Notes: generated by a model from the sequence alone, not told the origin. A DNA stretch of 64,000 nucleotides from Octopus sinensis (GCF_006345805.1 NC_043009.1:36890001-36954000); one strand, 5' to 3'; positions 38,230 through 51,434 are shown, counted from the stretch's first letter. Program-made: numbers and translations.

Positions 38230-39250
38230 ACCGGAAAACTTTTCACGTCTATTTTTTTCAAAACCTGACGTTAAGTTTTTGGACAGAAAAAAGTTAAGTT
38301 TCAGAAGGCAGAATAATGACAGAGTCGCTTTGCAAGCTCGCGTCATCGCCGTTCCGATCATCCACATCATAATTAGGTCAAATCCGAAATCTCAGTTTTT
38401 GAGGTTAAAACGGATTTGTACTGATATTGGGGATTACTGGAAACATGCAAATGTTTTTGTACGCCATTATGTCAAACGCCGTTTCAGTGAACCACTGTTA
38501 ACGAAAATTGCAAATGACATAGCTAAAATTAGCAAGGAGAGCCATACATTCACGCATGATTCTAGCAACCAAAGTAAAATTTGTAAACGAATTCCTTTAC
38601 TAATTAATTGGTGCCGAAATTTTTTCTGGCATATCAAAAGTGTTGCATGAAAGCTACCAGCATATTTCAGAAAAATATCCTCGTTTCAAACAAATATTCC
38701 CTCACCCACCTATTCTAGCCTTTAGGCAAAATAAAAATATATGTTTCCTTACTACCTACAAGGGGCTAAACATAAAGGTGACAAACAAGAACAGACACAC
38801 GGATTAAGTCGATTACATCGACCCCAGTGCGTAACTGATACTTAATTTATCGACCCCAAAATGATGAACGGTAAAGTCAACCTCGGCGGAATTTGAACTC
38901 AGAACGTAGCGACGGGCGAAATACCGCGAAGCACTTCGCCCGGCGTGCTAACGTCTCTGCCAGCTCGCCGCCTTGTGAAATAAAAATATAATAGAATTAC
39001 TAACCACTGCCTCTAACCCCATGAAAACTTTCATTGGAGTTTCTGAACGCTGCACTCTGAAAAACAGCCGCAAAGGAGGTAAGTTACGAGTTAATTCCAT
39101 TACAAATTTTAATTTATAAGAGATGTTATGATTTATACAGAAGATGGGATGCGTCAAGTTTCTCATTTGGTACACGCAGCGAAATGCACCAAACACAACT
39201 TGATTTATGCTGGTTGTACAACAGAACAATTAAATAAAAGACTGTTATCG
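38230..39250 (+). mobile_element. Penelope-like element C-terminal remnant (thumb/HTH plus GIY-YIG), split by a SINE
   Basis: HIIIRSNPKSQFLRLKRICTD...RIPLLINW, then ISKVLHESYQHISEKYPRFKQIFPHPPILAFRQNKN. After the SINE it reads HLVHAAKCTKHNLIYAGCTTEQLNKR. Confidence 0.85.
38742..38977 (-). mobile_element. SINE family B monomer inserted in the PLE
   Basis: 13-bp TSD AAATAAAAATATA at 38729-38741 and 38978-38990. Removing the SINE and one TSD restores the PLE frame FRQNKNIIELL. Confidence 0.92.
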
Positions 39251-39347
39251 TCACTCTAAGCTCCAGCCTCGTTAACATAATTAGGATTACTTTTCATTAT
39301 TGACATTTCTCTCATAATTGATGTATGTGTTTTAAGGTTACCAGCAA

Positions 39348-39644
39348 CTAGTAATTATATTGTGCTACCATCGCTAGACAGGGTGTCAGCCAAGACTTCC
39401 AAGAGACCTCATTGAATCTGTTTATCCTGCGCTGGTCACCACCTCCAGTATTTATTCCCGCAGCAAATAAAGTCTCATATTGTTGGGTAGTCGTTAACTC
39501 TAGTGAGTTCATCCATTCTATAACAAGTTTTTGTTTTTCTTCCTTCAGAGTCTCCAACAAAAGCAACCTCTTTTTATCAGACAAGTGGTTGGTAGGGTCT
39601 CCAGTTTCGTCAACGACGGTCCGACCATGAAACAGGTTGTGCTA
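39348..39644 (-). other. Unassigned ~98-codon open frame (possible exon or TE fragment)
   Basis: HNLFHGRTVVDETGDPTNHLSDKKRLLLLETLKEEKQKLVIEWMNSLELTTTQQYETLFAAGINTGGGDQRRINRFNEVSWKSW... Non-repetitive and protein-like, but no family recognised. Confidence 0.3.
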
Positions 39645-39714
39645 GGTTACATGTTAACAATAGCACTAAATGTGACCTGACATATTAAAGACTCAAGGCC
39701 CATATTAAACAAAT

Positions 39715-40150
39715 TTATTATTATTATTATTCTATGTTTGACTTTTGCTTTATGTCTGTACACGTTGGCTCCAAGTCTCACCCAGAGACCTCAAGAGACA
39801 ACAGGTTGGAAGTTCTGTGCCATATATTTGGGGTTTTTTTTATTTGGTGTTGTACTAGTGAATGTCTAATACATAAAAATAAAAATAAAAAAAAAAATAA
39901 AATAAAATAAAAAAATAAATAAATAAATAAATAAAAAAGTTTGTTTTAAACCTTGGGATTACATAGAGAGTATTTTGCGTAGGATATGAGCAGTTCCCAT
40001 GAGCACTATCTTTTGAATTTCTGCCATTTTGGGGTTTCCTGGTATCTGAGTTAGGTAGCAATTAGTCCCTTTCGCTATCATTCCCAGGGCACCTATGACA
40101 ACAGGTATTGTTTTAGTCTTCAGCTTCCACATTTTGCTGATTTCTATTTC
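39715..40150 (-). mobile_element. 5'-truncated R4/Dong-like LINE 3' end with (AAT)n tail
   Basis: Intact frame 40150-39959 reads EIEISKMWKLKTKTIPVVIGALGMIAKGTNCYLTQIPGNPKMAEIQKIVLMGTAHILRKILSM*. The 3' UTR ends AAGTCAAACATAG(AAT)n, and the 5' junction abuts (AAT)n at 40151-40203. Confidence 0.9.
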
Positions 40151-40160
40151 ATTATTATTA

Positions 40161-40202
<42 letters not shown>

Positions 40203-40205
<3 letters not shown>

Positions 40206-40812
40206 GTGAGAGAGCAGTTCATGCCATCAACGTGACACTGATGTAAAATATACGAAGCCCAATATATCCATCATGACTACCCGTCTGATAAGGGTACACT
40301 AGGCACATGCATCACAACCATATGTGCGCGACATGGTGATCTCATATCAAGATAAACAGCACATGACCTTGCAGGTGGGGCCCAATTAGAATTTTCTTCA
40401 GGTTGAGTAACCCATCCCGCTCAAAAGGTCCCTGAATAAGGGTTGTTTAAGGATGTTGAAAGAACCACCCATTTTTCCAGAGGTGAATTATTCAAACCCC
40501 AAAGAATCCCTCTCAACACATGCCTATGATGCTCCCCCACTACTTCTGCTCGTGATCAGAGATGCACATATCGTCAGCCACTAAGGGACATGCTCAACTG
40601 GTTAAGGTCAAACAACTGACAAGCAAATCTGTGGTTGAGCAGAATATTTGCTGTAGCCCATCTTTTATACCAAGCAAAACAATGTACATGATAACACTTC
40701 CAATCAGTTAAGATCAGAAGCCATGAGAGCCACTGCCTGGTACTGCATCAGGGCATTTATACTGCATCAGGGCATTGGTACTGCATCAGGGCATTGGTAC
40801 TGCATCAGGGCA
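40203..40812 (-). mobile_element. ~600-bp non-coding element embedded in (TAA)n, longest copy
   Basis: Matches 18737-19071 and 62040-62385. (AAT)n on both sides. The 5' end carries 4 tandem copies of AATGCCCTGATGCAGTA(CC/TA). Confidence 0.85.
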
Positions 40813-40840
40813 TTTATTATTATTATTATTATTATTATTA

Positions 40841-40888
<48 letters not shown>

Positions 40889-41106
40889 GATGAGTTGGAC
40901 TGAGAGAAATATGACATTGTCCAACACCTCAGTTCAAATACCGCCGAGACCAACGTCCGCACGCAGAACTTCAGGATCTATATATTAAGTGATCGATCAG
41001 CGTCTTCGTGTAAAATCAATCGGCTTCACAATTCGTCTCCGAATCTGTGCTTTATGTCACTCGAACAAATTACCATTATTATTGCACTTCAGGGGCGCTG
41101 CTGCCG

Positions 41107-41169
<63 letters not shown>

Positions 41170-41330
41170 TAATGTTGATGCTATAAAAATTGTTTGTTAA
41201 GCAGACGAATTGATATCAATTAGAACAGGTCCGTTCTGACGTGAAATCGATGGATGCGTCTCCTAGATTAGGGCCTAATACTTCCGCCTCATTTATTATT
41301 CATATCTTTCGTGGGGACATGGCACTATTA

Positions 41331-41361
<31 letters not shown>

Positions 41362-41679
41362 CTTCATTTCTCTCTCTGTCTCTCACCCTCTCACGCTCTT
41401 CTCGCTTCTCTCCAGTCTTTCTTCCTTAATTTCGTTTAGTTCTTCAACACTTTTAGGTAAAAAAAAATAGACAGCGAACTAACACGAGCGCGGATATATA
41501 AATATGAAATATGTATGCATATATTCTGTCTGTGTGTCTGTCAGTCTATTTGTCTGTTTGTCTGGTTGTATGTATATATCTAGTTTGTATATATGTATGC
41601 TTGTACACATATATGTATGTGTGTATGAATGAATGCATGCATGTATCTATATGCGTGTGTGCATGAAGCCCAGTTACAA

Positions 41680-41845
41680 CTACAGCCGGCTATTACCGGT
41701 AAAGGTTTTAGTTGCCAATTCTGTACAAGACATTGTAGATCTTTGGCTGGGCTAAAAAGTCACATTGGATCACAGCACCAGTAACAGTTAAGCTTTGTGC
41801 AATGGCCATACTCGATAACGGGGGGGCAGCCATAATTATATGAAG
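41680..41845 (+). mobile_element. RTE-clade LINE extreme 3' end
   Basis: FSCQFCTRHCRSLAGLKSHIGSQHQ* (C-terminal CxxC...H...H motif of RTE elements), then GGGGGCAGCCATAATTA tail. Confidence 0.7.
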
Positions 41846-42151
41846 TACGTTTGATCAGTAAGTTTGGTCTGTAACTCCAGCATTGTACCCCTAAGAGAAT
41901 GAGCTACGAGAAATTTCTCAGAGAAGTCTGTGGCATTTTTCTTTTAACAACAAAGATTAATAGGGGTATATCAAATAACATGCTAGACAAGTTCTTCATC
42001 TATTCAAATTATCACCGCTTCCAAGAAGGATAAATCGATCGCTTGGTACCAACTCAAAACGATAAGAGGATGTAGTTTCAAGAATCAAGAACCCACCCCA
42101 CCCCAGATCGATATGTCATTAAAGAAAAAATAGTCTAATATGTGAAGCCAA

Positions 42152-42184
42152 GACATGTGTTTCTGTCTTAATAGGCATCATCAG
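42152..42184 (-). ncRNA. Minimal hammerhead-ribozyme-like motif (canonical core, weak stem I)
   Basis: Minus strand CTGATGA-TGCC-TATTAA-GACA-GAAA-C-ACAT-G-TC contains the CUGAUGA and GAAA core, stem II with 3 of 4 pairs, and a GUC cleavage triplet. Confidence 0.5.
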
Positions 42185-42544
42185 CACAGCAATAGCTCTA
42201 CATTATCTTCTGTAGACATGAACCTTTACATATGTATAAAAAAAAAACTATTATCTGTGTAATTTACTATAATGCCTCTACTCTTTTATTTTTACTTAAT
42301 ATATTCAGGACTATATTCTTCAACATGTTTTTACGTTTATAAAACAGCAGAGAAATTTCGCTGCCTCTTCTAGAAGATGGAGCAACCACGTAGACGCCAT
42401 CTCGTAAAGACAGACGAAATGCTACTAAGAATTTTGCTCGGTGTGCTTACGATTCTGCCGGCTCGCCGCCTGAAGTAACAAAATATTCCCGACTATCACA
42501 GAGAAAAAGCTCAGTTTATTGTGAAAGAACTGTATATGAAATAT

Positions 42545-42575
<31 letters not shown>

Positions 42576-42900
42576 ACAAGGGTTTCCACGTACTTTCCGT
42601 CTAATAAAACCTCATCGGTTAGCCCGGGGCTCATGACACTTGCTCATGATAACGCGTAGTGAGACCGAACCTGAAACCACGTGAATGAGAAGCGAAGTTC
42701 TCAACAAACTGATTGTTTATAAGTGAATCTAGTCGAAATAGTTAAATTTTAATTAGTAAAATAATTTTGTCATTACACATTGTCTACACGGAATTAAGTT
42801 TACCTGGGATGAGAATTTTTCTATCCACGAATCATCATTAAATATTTAAGTATTTTTCACCTTATAGAATAGTAATTCAGACTGGCATACGCCAGTTTTA

Positions 42901-43283
42901 GTGGAGGCGCAATGGCCCAGTGGTTAGGGCAGCAGACTCGGAGTCATAGGATCGCGGTTTCGATTCCCAGACCGGGCGTTGTGAGTGTTTATTGAGCGAA
43001 AACACCTAAAGCTCCACGAGGCTCCGGCAGGGGATGGTGGTGATCCCTGCTGTACTCTTTCACCACAACTTTCTCTCACACTTTGTTTCTGTTGTACCTG
43101 TATTTCAAAGGGCCGGCTTTGTCACTCTATGTGTCACGCTGAATATCCCCGAGAACTACGTTAAGGGTACACGTGTCTGTGGAGTGCTCAGCCACTTACA
43201 CGTTAATTTCACGAGCAGGCTGTTCCGTTGATTCGGATCAACCGGAACCCTCGTCGTCGTAACCGACGGAGTGCTTCCACACT
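42901..43283 (+). mobile_element. SINE family A, full length
   Basis: Near-identical to 1663-2058. AGTTTTA flanks both ends (42894-42900, 43284-43290). Confidence 0.92.
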
Positions 43284-44239
43284 AGTTTTAAAAACCTAAT
43301 TCACCTACACTACTGATTTATTTTAAATCTATTTTAAAACTGAGAATTTAATTATTTTTATACCAAAATTTTTGATTTAAAATACGCTCTATGTAAAATA
43401 AAAAATCCTCAGTTTTAATACGTTATGAAAACACTTGTAGATGTTTTTAAAAGGAACCTTAAAGACAAGTGGCTGTTTCGTTTTTCTCTATAATTTACAA
43501 CTATTAATGAAGCCTTCATTTTGTGGAGACACTGCCTAACTTCGTAGCAATTTATAACGTTTTAAACATCTTTCCTAGGCTCAAACTTTTGTGTTGCCAC
43601 CTTCTTTAAATAATTATGGCAACAGAAGCTTTTGTAATTAATAATAAATAATTTACGATCAATTTACTAATTGAATTTGTCATACCTAGAAACATGCCCT
43701 TTACAACCGACTCTTAGAAAACATTTTGCCATAACATGCAAGTGAGTGATCCAGGTTCGAATATTGAGGGTTGAACATTGCTGTAACTAGTTGAAACTGT
43801 TGTCATGTAGCATTGAATTATTTCTTAATCCTGATTATAAAGAAAACAGAAAACTTGTAGAATCATTAACACGCTGAACAACCTGCTTAGTAACATTTAC
43901 TCTGGCTTTTTACGTTCTGAGTTCAAATTTACTTTACATCCTTTTCGAAGCCGATAAACTAAGCTACTAGTCTAGTATTAGGGTCCACGTATTTGACTAT
44001 GCCTTTCCCCTAAAATTGCTGGTGATGTGACTAAATCACAAACCACAAGTATTATAGTTTAAATTTATTATTGTTATTATAGTGTGGATATCTTTTTCTT
44101 CGGTTCATGCGTCGAGGAGGTGAATTTGTATTATTTTATTAATTGTCCCACTTTGAAGAAATAAAACTTTGATCCAGGATTTAAGTTTTTAAGAGGAGGT
44201 GGGCTGAGCCCATTTGGCGCAAAGGAACGAAGAGAGAAG

Positions 44240-44930
44240 ATTAATTCCTGTTCACGGTGAAGGCGGGAGTCCGGGCGGCCCTGTGCAGAGACAGTTCGAA
44301 CACAGACAGATGTTGTAGCGAATCCCGGAGGTGCTCCGCGAACCGGTCAGCCAAAGTTTGAGCAATGTACAGGGAAGGACAGAGAAAACAGGACATGCAA
44401 TAAATGACGTTATTAGAAATGCAAGTAAAGGAGTCGGTGACTTGATAGGGACAGTGATGGATGCCTGTGAGGATGATGATGCTGGAGAGGTAGGGGTAGG
44501 TGTGACACCGTGGACGGGAGCAGGGGAAGGAGCCCAGCTGAGAGCTGGGGGTAGGGAAGAAACTGTGAATCAGGAGGTCACGCAGGTTATGGGCTCTTTT
44601 GAAGGAGGGAAGGGGTAGGAGGTTAGGGACGATGTGCAAGGTGTAGGAGTCGGACTGGAGTCGTCGGAAGGCTCTGAGAATGGTGCGTTGGAGGGGTAGG
44701 GTGGAGGGGAACACGAAAGGGTAAGGGTGGGTGGGTACGAGGAGAAAGAGCAGAGGCTCGGTCCACAGATCGTGCTCGGGCAAGGGCAGTGTGGTGAATG
44801 GTGAGGGGATATCCGAGTAGGATGAAGTGGCGAGCCATGAGTTGAGTCATGGTCGTCATTGCAGAGCCTGCGTAGACGGAGGAATTGGGTGTAGAGGATG
44901 GAGAGCTTGGTGTGGGTTGGGTGGGAGGAG
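44240..44930 (-). mobile_element. GC-rich Penelope-like element remnant (HTH plus GIY-YIG)
   Basis: MARHFILLGYPLTIHHTALARAR, then PFVF..LQRTILRAFRRLQSD...PSFKRAHNLRDLLIHS..GSFPCSRPRCHT...SFTCISNNVIYCMSCFLCPSLYIAQTLADRFAEHLRD (ORF 44241-44783). Confidence 0.9.
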
Positions 44931-44974
44931 GAAAAGTTAATGTAGAAGTGTGTAGTGCTTTCTGCTACAGGTAC

Positions 44975-45338
44975 AAGGCCTGGAATTTTAGGGGAGGGGA
45001 CCTGTTGATTATATGGAGACCAGCGCGTAACTGGTACTTACTTTATCGACTCCGAAAGGATGAAAGACAAAGTCCATCTCAGAAAGTGAAGAGAGACGAA
45101 ATACCTATTTCTTTACTACACACAAGGCGCTAAACACAGAGGGGACAAACACGGACAGACAAACGGATTAAGTCGATTATATCGACCCCAGTGCGTAACT
45201 GGTACTTATTTTAATCGACCCCGAAAGGATGGAAGGCAAAGTCGACCTCGGCGGAATTTGAACTCAGAATGTAGCGGCAGACGAAGTACCGCGAAGCATT
45301 TCGCCCGGCGTGCTAACGTTTCTGCCAGCTCGCCGCCT
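44975..45338 (-). mobile_element. SINE family B dimer (tail-1 unit plus headless tail-2 unit)
   Basis: Junction GACGAAATACCTATTTCTTT at about 45095-45114. Head CTCGCCGCC at about 45330-45338. Confidence 0.88.
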
Positions 45339-45914
45339 TCTAATATAATATAATATAATATAATATAACATTAATATAATATAATATAATATAATATAAT
45401 ATAATATAATATAATATAATATATATAATATAGTATAATATGATGCGATAATATATTAAAATATAAGATAGCAATATCGTAGAATACACACACACGTCAT
45501 TATGCACCAAATGTGTTTTGTTCAACAAGCAAGAAAATGAGGTGAGGGACTTGACTTGACGATATACGCAGAAATAGTGATAATTTAGTCCATTACTCTA
45601 GTTAATCCCAGTTAATGCCAGCAAAATTCATATATACACACACTCATAGACACATACACATACACGCGCATGCACACGCACATACGCAGGAAAGAGACAG
45701 AAAGAAAAAGGAGAACGTTTATGATCGAAGGCAAGTATAAGAAAGAATGGCAATTTTGAAGTTAAATAGACGACTAGAGAAATCGATAGATATAAATCGG
45801 TAGATAGGAAAATTGTTAGAGCCGTAGGCTGGTTCATGTAGAGATAACTGTATAGACAAATAGATAACTAGACCGCTAGACAAATATATTGATTGAAAGA
45901 TGGACATGTAGGTA

Positions 45915-46495
<581 letters not shown>

Positions 46496-46835
46496 AGGAG
46501 AGAGACAGATACATTAGTTAATATGGACACAAGTTCAGTGCGTTATATTAATTTGGCAGGAGGAGAAATGAAAACATTGACAAATTAAGTCACCTTCACA
46601 GATATTACACTGGCTGATAAGTGCTGTGTACAAAGTAAACAAACAATTGGCTTCCCAGTTTGGTTACTGATTCTGTCTTCTTTTTCCCATTTATTTATTT
46701 GTTGTTGTTGTTGTTGTTGTTGTTGTTAGCCAAGTCTCTTGGCTTTTGTGGCGAACCACCACTTTTCCCGGGATGCTGTCCTTTCTTTCGTTTTCTCTCT
46801 TTTCCTTCTCCTCCTCTCTCTCTCTCTCTCTCTCG

Positions 46836-46867
<32 letters not shown>

Positions 46868-47064
46868 CTCTCTCTCTTACCTGTCCGTTACTGAGATTGA
46901 TGTCTGTTTACCTGGCCACGTTTGAAGTAGATTTACAGTCCATTAAGTCATTAGCAGGGAGGAATTAGGCGAAAAAGGAAACAACAACAACAACAACAAC
47001 AACAACACACACACAAACATTAACAAAAGTAAAAATAAAATAAAACAAACTATAAAGCAATGCA

Positions 47065-47116
<52 letters not shown>

Positions 47117-47315
47117 GTACACAACAATCTATGACAAACAAAAAGTAACGGAAACAAATGCTGCATCAATAACAACAATACACCATCATTGTCATTGTCA
47201 TCATCGTCATCATCAACAACAGTCATCAAATTAATACGGAGAGCAAACATACACGAAGACACCCAGGAAGAAGACAACGGATACATATATGCATTAATGG
47301 ATCTCACAGCAATCC

Positions 47316-47368
<53 letters not shown>

Positions 47369-47380
47369 GTAATAATAATA

Positions 47381-47411
<31 letters not shown>

Positions 47412-47527
47412 TAGTAATAGTAATAATAATAAACAAATATTAAAAATAGATCGAATTACATTAATCATCACCTGATAAATTATAATTGAAGGCTTTTTAG
47501 TTATATTTTATTTTTCTCTATCCATCC

Positions 47528-47565
<38 letters not shown>

Positions 47566-47623
47566 TATCTATCTATCATCTATCTATCTATCTTCTGTCG
47601 TTGTCTGTCTGTCTGTCTATCTG

Positions 47624-47748
<125 letters not shown>

Positions 47749-48077
47749 GAGAGAGAGAGAGAGAGAGAGCACTTTGCTCTCATGTGTATATTTCCTCCCT
47801 GCCTGAGGTTACCGTGGTCTTTTCTGTAGGCTTTTTCTTCCCATATAAAATCTTGTTTGTTACTTTGAAAAAATAATTTTTTATTTCTGTGATACACGAT
47901 CCCTTTTAATCGTTCTTTTTCCCCCCCTATACTTTTTGATCGAAATTTTACATTTGTTTCCTTTTTTTTTCTTCTTTTTTATTTTCCATCTTCGAAAAGA
48001 AAAACTATACATTTGTAATTGTCCCCTCTGTGTCCAGCCCTGTGTGGCTAATAAAGAAAGTTATCTATCTATCTATT

Positions 48078-48121
<44 letters not shown>

Positions 48122-48553
48122 ACTCTATCTATCTATCTATTTATCTATCTATATGACTGTCTGTCTATCATTATCTTCATCAGTATCATCACCAACATCA
48201 TTTCGGGTCAGTTCAATATATATGTTTTGTAATTAACTGGGACAGAAGAAAAGAGAGAGTGAAAAGAGAGGGATTGGGAGAGAAGAAATGATGACGGTGG
48301 AAAGAGAGACCTTAGGTGCGAGAGAGAAAGAAGGATGAGTGAAGAGATAGAAGACTATACACGCGTTGCATGCGTCTATCTACCTGTTTTTAATCTATCT
48401 ATCTATCTACAATATATATATATATATATTATATATATATATATTATATATATATATAAAGTTAATCCAAACAAGAAAACAAAAGACAACAACGCAAGGA
48501 CGTGGAACAATATAAGTATTATTAGACGCTCAGGAAAGAAGGGAAGAAGGAGG

Positions 48554-48588
48554 GTTTGACGTTTCGAGCGGAGCTCTTCGTCGAAAAC
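48554..48588 (-). ncRNA. Minimal type I hammerhead-like motif of PLE/dimer type, within a ~140-bp purine-rich repeat
   Basis: Minus strand GTTT-TCGACGA-A-GAGC-TCC-GCTC-GAAAC-GTC-AAAC. Stem I GTTT/AAAC, stem II GAGC/GCTC, palindromic ACGT in place of stem III. The first two core bases deviate from CU. Confidence 0.6.
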
Positions 48589-49773
48589 ATAGGAGAAGGA
48601 AAGGTCCCGAGAAGGGAAGGAGAGGAAAAATATATATATGTATATTATATATATATATATATATATCTGTCTGTCTGTCTGTCTTATTTCTAATCGGCAA
48701 AGTTACAAAAATGACTTAAGAACCGAGGTTTGGCAAGTGCCACGCACAGAATTCTTTCCCTTAAGTCCTTCGTTTGTAATATTCTGCCGATTAAAAAAAA
48801 GTTATGTATATACTCTCATGTATTGTCTTCGTTTCTCCTGAAAGCTCTCTCTCTTCTCTGTTTATATATATAATATAATAAATTATAATATATGTATATA
48901 TGTGTGCGTGTTTGTGTGTTTGTGTGTGTGTGTGTGTGTGCGTGTGTGTGTGTGTATATATATATGTGTGCGCGCGCGTGTGTGTGTGTGTGGTTGTATA
49001 ATATCAACTCTAGTACTTGACGGGGATGTTTTCAATCTCAAGCACAGATCCGGGTACTGGTTGAATGTGTCACGTAAAACAGAGTTTCCTCGGCGTTTTT
49101 GACAGAAGTTTGTATTTTAGAAGTTATTTCGTATTAAAGTTGGCGTATTTGGGTAATTTTTAACCAGTCAATGACGTGTATTCAACTGAAGAAAGTTACT
49201 GCTGCTGTTTGCGAACAACTACTTCCGGGTCCATTGACAAAACGAGGAATCTTCGACAGCAGTAAAAATTTAAACTGAAAATCTTCCCTAACAAAACCCT
49301 TCCTTTATAACTAGAGATGTTTTTATAGTAGCATATATGAGAATGTGTCCATCTATCTGTCTGTCTGTCTGTCTATCTATATATCTATCTACCTACCTAT
49401 ATCTATCTCTCTATCTATTTATATATATAATATATATAATATATATTTCCCTATATATATAATATATATATAGATATATATATATATATATATATAATAT
49501 ATAATAATATACATACATACATACATTCATACATACATACATACATACATACATACATACATTACACACACATTAATAATAGGCAGAAGTTACAGAGTGA
49601 CAATGGCCAAATTCGTGTTTGATAAGTGCCAATACACGAAACTCTCAGCTTTTGACTTACTCTCTAACTTCTGCCGATGATATGTATACATGTTACATAT
49701 ATGTGTAAAAAAAATCTCATCACGCAATCGAACCAATGAAGGAGCCTCTATCTGGTCACCCGACACGCTAAAA

Positions 49774-49808
<35 letters not shown>

Positions 49809-51026
49809 TGTATGTATGTATGTATGTATCTGAATGTTTGATCCAGTTTACACATCCACACCAGAAGCTTCCAGTTTCATTCGAACTTTCTGTACAAAGA
49901 ATCTTGTAACATTGGTAATTTCAAAATCGCTGTTCTGCACACATGGCAACAATCACTACCTGTCGTTTCATTTCTTGTTATTTCTTCTGCCAAGAATGAT
50001 TTGGAAGAAATAAAACCATTTTAATTTGAAGAGAATTTTATGCTAAGAATTAAGTGTCCTCAAATACCCCTCACCCGTGCCCTGTAAACAGATAAATAGT
50101 TAGATAGGAAAGTAGATATATGAAGAAAACTAACGCATAATATAACTATCTCCTATCAGATTGGGTGTGAGTTGGTTATTCTAGAGCAGTCAAGAATACA
50201 TGTAAAATAATCCCATATTCAAATGTGGTGGAGGTGAGGGTGGGGGATGCTGTCACTAACAAATTCACCTGAGATTTTTTTTTTTCTTTTTCAAATCATC
50301 CTGGTATAGATATTTCAGATACCAGCCCCCTCATTGAACTGACGTCCCGGAAACTAAACATCAGGTTGCTCTTGATTTTTTTTTTTTTTTAGTAGAGTCC
50401 AATCCATTGCAAGTGACGGTGTCACCAGAAACTATGTTCTCCCCACTAAACAGTAGTTACAGAATCCCCTAAAAGAATAACTGAGGCTACACCTTCGACA
50501 AAACGATGAAGAACTTATGGCCGCCACAACAGCTGTTACCTCGTCACTTGGGTATTAAAATACTCATGATACAATATATCGACATTTGTTTATCATAATT
50601 GCTAATAATTACTTTCTGTATTATGTGTGTTGTGTTAGCATGAATCTGTTTCCCACCCACGAACCAGTGATAAAGTTTCGAGGTAGTCGCTTGTCTTGGC
50701 TGAAATAAAAGACAAACTTCTGACTCTCTCATATGGTACCTAAACATCTTAGATAATTAAAAATAACATGGGAGAACATATACTTTAATACAGGTAAATT
50801 GTGTCTAAAAAACAAATGGGATTGATATTGTTGGGATATCTTCGATTATGAACAAAGGTAGTTCTCTTCGATCAGCGATGTCCTATTACTACAAAACAGT
50901 TACAACATCAAAAGCAGCAACAAACAAACTTATGTTATTGATATAAAATTAAAAGAGATGAATTATCATTAATCATTGGTATTGATTAAAATCAAGGATT
51001 ACCGATTAACCACTTACCAATCACAG

Positions 51027-51100
51027 ATTATATTCTACGGTGTCTGTTACGCCGATGGGATGATCTTACTTCTAGCAAACTATTAGGAATTGAGCCAGAG
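51027..51100 (+). CDS. Candidate internal coding exon, gene unknown
   Basis: cacag|74 nt|gtatgt. Open frame (D)YILRCLLRRWDDLTSSKLLGIEPE in unique sequence. Protein not recognised and the acceptor is only moderate. Confidence 0.35.
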
Positions 51101-51400
51101 GTATGTAATATATTCAGAGTCAGGTCGATAGCCAATCAGAACCTCTTCGATCACTATTACTCAGTGTACAGTTCAAACAATCCTCATTGAATAAGGACCA
51201 TTCACTGATATGTATATATACATACATGCATATACACACACACACACACACATGCATACATGCATATATACATCCATACATGCATATATACATGCATACA
51301 TACTTGCATACATACATACATACATACATACATACATACATACATACATACATACATGCATACATGCATGCATGCATACATACATACATACATACATACA

Positions 51401-51434
<34 letters not shown>

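Noticed and set aside
40735-40812. Short direct repeats here and at 53478 as CRISPR-like arrays
   Set aside because: Units are contiguous with no unique spacers, in a eukaryotic context.
49022-49288. Possible MITE with GGGGATGTTTTCA / TGAAAATCTTCCC ends
   Set aside because: Only 10 of 13 positions match and no TSD was found.
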